Shown here: piece after piece, positions 63,217 through 64,000 of the stretch
Layout: each line of letters begins with the position of its first letter
Numbering within the stretch: the stretch's first letter is position 1
Assembly: GCA_965204535.1 (NCBI GenBank)
Contig: CBDBEV010000001.1
Coordinates: 1 to 64,000, forward strand
Direction of reading: 5' to 3'
From: a bacterium
GTDB lineage: Bacteria; UBA8248
Length of the DNA: 64,000 bases
Made by a program: the position numbers and the translations under genes
The notes under the pieces: model-generated
Database searches by the model: none
Told to the model about the DNA's origin: nothing
The model's input: the letters and a program-made list of their open reading frames with translations, nothing else

Positions 63217-64000
63217 CTAGTCCACCGCGTCCTCGCCCCGGGCGTGGGCCAGCTCGCGCGCGCTCGGGTTGACCGACGGGCAGAAGGGGACCTCGCAGAC
63301 CTGCGCGCGCTCGGGCCGGCCCGGCTCGCCGGCGTACTCGTCCGGCAGCCAGACCAGCAGTTCGGTCCCGACCGCCGACTTGCCGACCGGCACGTAGCCC
63401 AGCGCGATGTTGCACCCCAGTTCCGGGGCGTGCCACGGCGAAGTCAGGTAGCCGATGGGGTCGCCTCCGCCGGCGTCCGAGACCAGCCAGAAGTCGGGCG
63501 CGTAGTCGTCGATCGGCTTGCCGCCCAGCTTCACCCCCACCATCACCATCGAGAACGGCGGCCGCCCCGCTTCGATCTCGGCCCGCATCCCCTCCAGGGC
63601 CGCCCGGCCGATGTAGTCGCCCCGCTTTTTGCGCGGCACCTGATAGGCCAGGTTGCACTGAAAGGGCACCGTCTCGTGGTCGATGTCCTGCCCCCAGGAG
63701 AGGATGCCGGCCTGGATGCGGCGCTGGTGGCCGGGGGCGGTGACCATGAGCCGGTGCGGCTCGCCCGCCTCAATCACCGCGCGCCAGAGCTTCTCGGCGT
63801 GCAGGGTGGCGTCGCGCAGGTAGATCTCATACCCCTTCTCTCCCGAGAAGCCGGATTGGGTGACGACCACCGGGCAGCCCGCGACCTCGGCTTCCAGGAC
63901 CCCGTAGTAGGGGATGTCCCGGACGTCTTCGCCCACCAGATCGACCATCAGCGCGAGCGACTTCGGCCCCTGGATCTGCAGCGGGCAGACGTCGATCTCG
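63217..64000 (-). CDS. GcvT/DmdA-like folate-dependent aminomethyltransferase or demethylase (5' end outside window)
   Basis: QIQGPKS, SGFSGEKGYEIY, RRIQAGILSWGQD, GYLTSPW..NIALGYV. Confidence 0.88.
   Translation of the reverse strand, partial: EIDVCPLQIQGPKSLALMVDLVGEDVRDIPYYGVLEAEVAGCPVVVTQSGFSGEKGYEIYLRDATLHAEKLWRAVIEAGEPHRLMVTAPGHQRRIQAGILSWGQDIDHETVPFQCNLAYQVPRKKRGDYIGRAALEGMRAEIEAGRPPFSMVMVGVKLGGKPIDDYAPDFWLVSDAGGGDPIGYLTSPWHAPELGCNIALGYVPVGKSAVGTELLVWLPDEYAGEPGRPERAQVCEVPFCPSVNPSARELAHARGEDAVD

Overview
The window has four parts. (1) 1-12.7 kb is a defence island: a compact type II-C cas9 (N-terminus outside the window, one -1 frameshift in the HNH motif) followed directly, with no cas1/cas2, by a 23-repeat CRISPR array. 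Then come IS256 and IS110 remnants, a DUF1778/GNAT toxin-antitoxin pair, an ART-like orphan, a tyrosinase-domain gene, a Lit-family protease and a DprA+PRTase (ShosTA-like) pair bracketed by a 41-bp direct repeat. (2) 12.7-34.1 kb is a very GC-rich island of three paralogous giant autotransporter-like adhesins, each with a heptanucleotide microsatellite at its 5' end, plus a truncated hybrid kinase/regulator, an integrase fragment and an HTH protein. (3) 34.9-57.1 kb is a housekeeping block (tkt, eno, nrdR, rpiB, rsfS, nadD, proB, obgE, rpmA, rplU, mnmA and others) with a perfect parS palindrome, bracketed by two inverted copies of a ~170-bp non-coding element. (4) 57.9-64 kb holds a HExxH orphan, a fused type IIG/ISP-like restriction-modification enzyme, a PIN module, GTAG-type REPs and a partial GcvT/DmdA-like gene. 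The most striking observation is that three of the four cas-distal spacers align without gaps and each resembles the -35-to-+1 segment of a sigma70 promoter, which suggests promoter-directed and possibly regulatory Cas9 guides. All protein calls come from motif recognition by eye, not database searches.
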